Of a stretch of DNA of 63,846 bases, positions 59,152-63,846 are shown piece after piece. The stretch comes from Fonticula alba ATCC 38817 (lineage: Eukaryota > Protista > Nucleariida), in NCBI GenBank assembly GCA_000388065.2, contig KB932201.1; one strand, given 5' to 3'. Position 1 is the stretch's first letter. Every line of letters begins with the position of its first letter. A model generated the notes under the pieces. It had not been told where the DNA came from. It made no database searches and was given only the letters and a program-made list of their open reading frames with translations. The translations under genes were made by a program, and so were the position numbers.

Positions 59152-61158
59152 TCATGCCCACGGGCCCTGGATTATTGACATACCTTGCACGTGACCGGAC
59201 ATGCCGAAGCTCCCGTTGAAGGACGCCTGACTGGCGGCGTTCTGGTGGGACTGCTGGAGGGGCGTCCAGATGCCACCTGACGGCGGCGCGTCGCGTTGAC
59301 TCGACGGAGTTGGCACCTGCTGCTGCTGCTGCTGCTGTTGGAGAAGCTGGTGGTGCATCTGCTGGAAGGGCAGAATGGCGGGCTGTTGCTGGGGGGCTCC
59401 TCCCGTGCTGGCTCCCGCCCCGGCGGCGGCGGCGGCGGCGGCGGCGGCCGGGACCGGGAAGGGGAAGGACGCGCCCGCCTGTCCGGGCCCAGGGGAAGTC
59501 GGCGCACTGTAGTGCCCGGCGCCGCCTCCTGCTGGGCCGGTTCCGGAACGGAGCTGTGCCTGTTGCTGCGCCTGGAGCAGCAGTGCTGGCAGGCACTGGC
59601 ACGGATGGCCCTGTGCGGGGACATCTGCGATGCCGCCGAATGCACAGGCCGCCGAGGCACATCCCCCGCCACTGTGCAACAGCGAAGGGTCCACGAAGGA
59701 GGTACTCGAGGACCGAGTTTCCACCTGGCCATGGGATCGCCGGCGTTCGAAGGTCATTTGGTGCTGCTGCTGCTGCTGCTGTTGACTGCCGGCCGGCAGG
59801 ATGACCGGCGAGGTGGGCCTCCCACTTCCACCACCATACACTGGCGACAGCGGATGCGCCGGGCCCACCCCATGGCCAGCGGACGATGCGGATCCCAGGA
59901 AGCCAAAGCCCGGGGCTTCCCCGCCGAACACCAGCGGCGGGGGGAGCTGCACGCCGGGGCCGCCGCCGGCCGCCGCGCCGCCCAGACCCGGCCCGGCCGC
60001 ATGGTAAGTCCCGGCCGAGGTGGCCGAATGGCGCCGGGTGATGTTTCGCGGCTGGTAGAGGCCGCTGCCGCCGCCACCGCCGGGGGCCGCGTGGCCGAAG
60101 GCCGGCTGCTGAAGCGGGTGGTGGTAGCCCCCGGTGCCCGGCAGTCCCGGCGGCTGGAGGAAGAGATGCGATCCGTGGCCCGGCCCGCTCTGAAGGTGGC
60201 CCACCGACGGGGTATTCGGCGCCGAGTTGAGCGCCGTCGGGCGGCCTGCACCCGGGCCCGACCCCCCGGCCGGTGTCACCGACACGGTGGGGTGCGTCGG
60301 AACCGGGGCCACATAGCCGCCGCTGCCATTCGGGAGCTGGCATCATGCGCGTGGCAGTCCAAGCCACCAGCGGCAGGACCAAAGCGAAAATCCGGAGAGA
60401 CCCAGGGAGTGGGGGGATGTCGGACAGGCATGTCAGTGTACCGGCGCCCGGCTGGCCGCTTGGTGCTTCACGGGGACCGTGTCCCGTCGGGCCGGAGGCT
60501 GGGCTTTCCCCCGCCCCCCCCCCCCCCTTTTCAGCTGCGCGTCTCCTTTTCCCCTGCCACGCCTACCCCCCCCCCCCCCTTGAGGTGGTATTCCCCCGGG
60601 GTATGAGCAAGGCCAAAATGCCCCACGCACCATCATGCCGCCACGGTCGCCGAGGGCCGAGTCACTGAGCCGACCTCCGAGGCGCCGCGAGGCCACATAC
60701 TCGAAGGCCATCAGCTCGGGGACCGTGTCGCACGGTGCGCCGGCGGAGGAGCCGGCCGGCGGTGCGGTCGCCGACGCCGGCGTCGTCTGCATCTCGGCCG
60801 CGTCGCTCATGTCCATGCTTGAATTGCTGCGCGTGGAGGCGGTGGCGCCGGCTGTTCGTTCACCCTCCGGGATGAGGCCCGGTTGGGGGCCGGCCTCGTC
60901 GCTGTATGCCGGGGGGGAGTGCCCGGCCTCCGGGCCGCCGGGCTCACGCGCCGGGGCCCCGGCCTCCGGGTCGGTGAGCAGCTGGCCCAGACGGTCGGCA
61001 TCGTGGGGAAAGGACCCGATCCCGGCGCCGGGGCCTCCGGCCAGCCAGGATCCCTCGCCCTCGGGCATGGTGGAGCCCGAAATGGCGGTCTCCATATTTT
61101 CGTGGATGGACTCCAGGCTCTCGGACACTATCATGGTCGGCTCGTGCGGGGGGGCCAT
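59152..61158 (-). CDS. Orphan G/P/Q/H-rich disordered protein; probable exons 61158-60631 and 60336-59152 (ends uncertain)
   Basis: Two codon-biased ORFs joined in frame by ATG ATG|GTGCGT ... CACTGAC ... GCCAG|CTC CCG; poly-Q/A tracts like those in the neighbouring kinase. Confidence 0.62.
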
Positions 61159-62435
61159 GTTGTGGATCACAGTCGAGACACAGGGCGGACGCACTTCCCT
61201 GTCGTCATAAAGCGGCGTGTCTGTATGGGGGGTGCGTGCGTGCGTGCGTGTTTGTGTTTGTGTTTGTGTGTTTGTGTGTGTGTGTGTGTGTGCGTGTGAA
61301 TGGATGTCTCTCTTCGATGCTGGTGGTTCGAGGCGTGCGTGCTCTTTTTTCTTTTTCTCCTTCTCTTCCTCTCTGTCTCTCGCGCGCGGGCACTCGCTCT
61401 CTATCTCTCACTCGCAGGGGTTCGCGATGTCACCGTGCTCTTTCTTCCTCGAGATGAGCTGGCGCAAGGTCTGTCTCTCTCTCTCTCTCTATCTCTCTCT
61501 CTCGGGCTCTCTCTGTAGCCCGGAACCGCGGCAAGGAGCATGGGTGTGGGCGGGAGGGAAGGAGGCGGATGCGGCGACGCGGAGTCAGACACATGTCCTG
61601 AGACACGGTATGCTCGGCGCGAAGGGAGGCCACGTACCCTGGCTAAGGCTTGACCGGGTGAGAGATCGACGACGTCTTTCTTATTGGCCCCGGAGGGCGG
61701 GAATCGAGAAGAGGGCTGGGAGAGTCAGTCTCGATGGGGCATTCAGTGTGCGTGGGAGGGCCACTCGACGTTTGAGGCGCATGCACACCCACACCCACAC
61801 CCACACCCATACCCACCCACCCACCCACCCACACACACACACCTAGGGATGCCACTGCGACAGGGGTGTCCTTCTGGGTGGCGCTGAGCATCGGTGTCAG
61901 GGCGGCATTCGAGTGTGAGGGGCTTCGTCCCGGGGGAAAATGCAGGGGGCGCGGAAAGGAGACAGGAGAATCGAAAGTACATGGTGTCGGCGGCCGAAGC
62001 AGGGAGGATGATGATTCTCCGGCGGCCGAAGGGCTCCGAGAGAAGGCGTGCGCAGGCCGATACTCGTGGCCAATGTGAGGCGGCGCGTATGGGTGTATGG
62101 ATGTGTGTGTGTGTGTGTGTCCGGCAATCGGGATGCTTGGGTGGGGGGCTCCGCTGGATGGACACCAAATCGGTGCTCGCGCCTGCCGAATAGGGGGCCG
62201 CGAGGTGTGTGTGCACAAGTGGCCGAGGGCGGCGAGGCAGTCCAGAGGCAAGTGCAGGGGAGGTGGAAGAGGGGCGGTGGGGCACAGAAACAGAGAGAAC
62301 TTGGGAAGGTGGCGAATGTATGTATGCGCGTGGAGGATGTGTTGTGGCGGGGGTGAGTGTGAGTGTGTTTGTGAGTGGGTGTAAGAGTGGGTGGTTAAGG
62401 AGGCTGCTGCCCAGCAGGGGGAGGGTGGATTTCAG

Positions 62436-62444
62436 ATTTTTATA
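62436..62444 (-). promoter_or_regulatory. Candidate TATA element (TATAAAAAT)
   Basis: Rare AT-rich TATA match in GC-rich DNA, followed by a C/A/T-rich leader oriented toward the minus-strand gene at 61158. Function not demonstrated. Confidence 0.3.
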
Positions 62445-62555
62445 CCGCGCCTCACGGCGAAGATCGTAATTGCCAGCCGCCGGTCCCAGTGGCTTCGGGT
62501 GCAAGGCAGGTGCGTGTCTTTGCTACCCCCGACTTGCCGGCTCGACGACTCGATG

Positions 62556-62590
62556 CCCCCGGCCCCCGGCCCCCGGCCCCCGGCCCCCGG
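62556..62590 (+). repeat. (CCCCCGG)5 heptamer repeat
   Basis: Direct reading. Confidence 0.85.
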
Positions 62591-63846
62591 CCCGCCCCCT
62601 TCCCCCTCCTCTCCACCGTGCGGACGCCCGATCACCGGCGAGTAGCCTCCTGCCTCCCGGGGCCTGATGCCCGGATCCATCGGCGAGGGGGGCATTGAGC
62701 TGGCAGGCCGTCAAGGGCTGCACGGGCCAAGAGATTGTGGGCCAAATGCTGGGGGGGGGGGGGGGGGGGGGAGCCTTGTCGCAGTACGATCGTCCTCCGT
62801 TCAAGTGAGCGGGGGCGGCCATGCCGTTGGGACCCGGCCCGGTCGGTGTCTGAGCGGCTCCGCAAGTCTGGACAATTTGCCCATTTGGACGGCTGCTCAA
62901 CGTGCGCAGATGCACATTTGCACATGTGCCCGTCTGTGCGGCGAGATGCAGGCATGTGCGGTGGTCAGAAGGCGGGAGGGGGGGGGGGGAGAGAGAGAGA
63001 GAGGCTTCTTCTGGTCTTTCCGCCGGCCTGCTCGGGGCGATCTTGTCCGGGAGCGCTACCGGGCGCAGTCGGCCTCGGGGTCTAGTTCCCGAAGGGGGTG
63101 GGCATACGCGCGCGCGCGGGTATCGCAACCACAGGCACCCGATCGCTCGGCCTCCAGGGCCGGAGGCGCTCGCCCTTTACAACCGGCACCTGCATTATTC
63201 TTCTCCCCATCTCCCTCCCTGTCTCGGTGTCTCGCGAATAATGCCAATTACCACTGGCCCGCAGGTGTGACCGGCTCTGTGGTGTGCAAGCCTTCATGCT
63301 GGTACAGGCGCGCTTGCCTCGTCCCCCCTCGCCCCCCTTCTCACGCCATTTGGGCTGGCCTCCCGAGGGATGGCGACTAGCATCGTGTCGCGCCCCGTCC
63401 CAGTCGCTGCCCCCCCCCCCCCCCCATCCCTCGGGCCCCGTCCCTCGCCCCCCGGCCCCGGCCCCTCTCTCGCCCCTTCCCCTCCCTGACCCCCCGGCCT
63501 GCCGAGTGGGACCCCCTCCTCGGCCCTCGACTCGCTAGAAGGGGCTTGGCGCGGCGGCCGGGCCTCAGTGATTAATTCGACTGGTCACCGGGCGCAAGTG
63601 CAGCCGAGCATTCCTGCCATGTCCGGCGCCGGGGACCTGCTGACATCATGGGCGGATGTCCTGGCGCCCCGGGTGCTGGGGGTGGAAGAGGCCGGCGTGG
63701 CGCCTCTGGGCCCAGTTGTCGGGGAGGACGAAGTGTGCTCGCCGCCTCTCGCCCGGCGCCCACGCCGGGGTGTCCCACCCTTCTCCCTTCCTTCTCCTCG
63801 ATCGTGCGCCATCATGATGTCTCTAAGCACCGAGTCCTCGCCCCCC

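Noticed and set aside
1-63846. Transposase, reverse transcriptase or rRNA genes
   Set aside because: No DDE, RT (YxDD context), gag-like or rRNA signature recognised in any frame.

Overview
GC-rich, intron-containing eukaryotic nuclear DNA with five N gaps, many poly-G/poly-C runs and (CA)/(CT) microsatellites. Fungal-type (HAM1/DUF4449-like, HbrB-like) and animal-type (ATP synthase factor B) genes together suggest a unicellular opisthokont such as Fonticula (inference only). About 14 protein-coding genes were modelled by hand-splicing; the complete models checked are frame-consistent. Recognisable genes: ARPC5, POLE3/Dpb4-like histone-fold protein, ATP synthase subunit s/factor B-like, a 1712-aa HAM1-like protein, a TBC protein, histidyl-tRNA synthetase, NDUFC2-like, an HbrB/Bit61/PRR5-like protein and a CaMKK-family kinase, plus several orphan low-complexity proteins. 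Most interesting: a hidden last exon giving an orphan protein a CaaX box (lost if the intron is retained), two 138-nt stop-free in-frame introns in the same gene, a dominant GTGCG splice donor with C at +4, a Bit61/PRR5-like fold split by large insertions, and a 34-bp direct repeat bracketing a small orphan membrane-protein gene. No rRNA, tRNA, CRISPR or clear transposase was found. All family calls come from remembered motifs, not database searches. No confidently novel multi-gene system could be supported.
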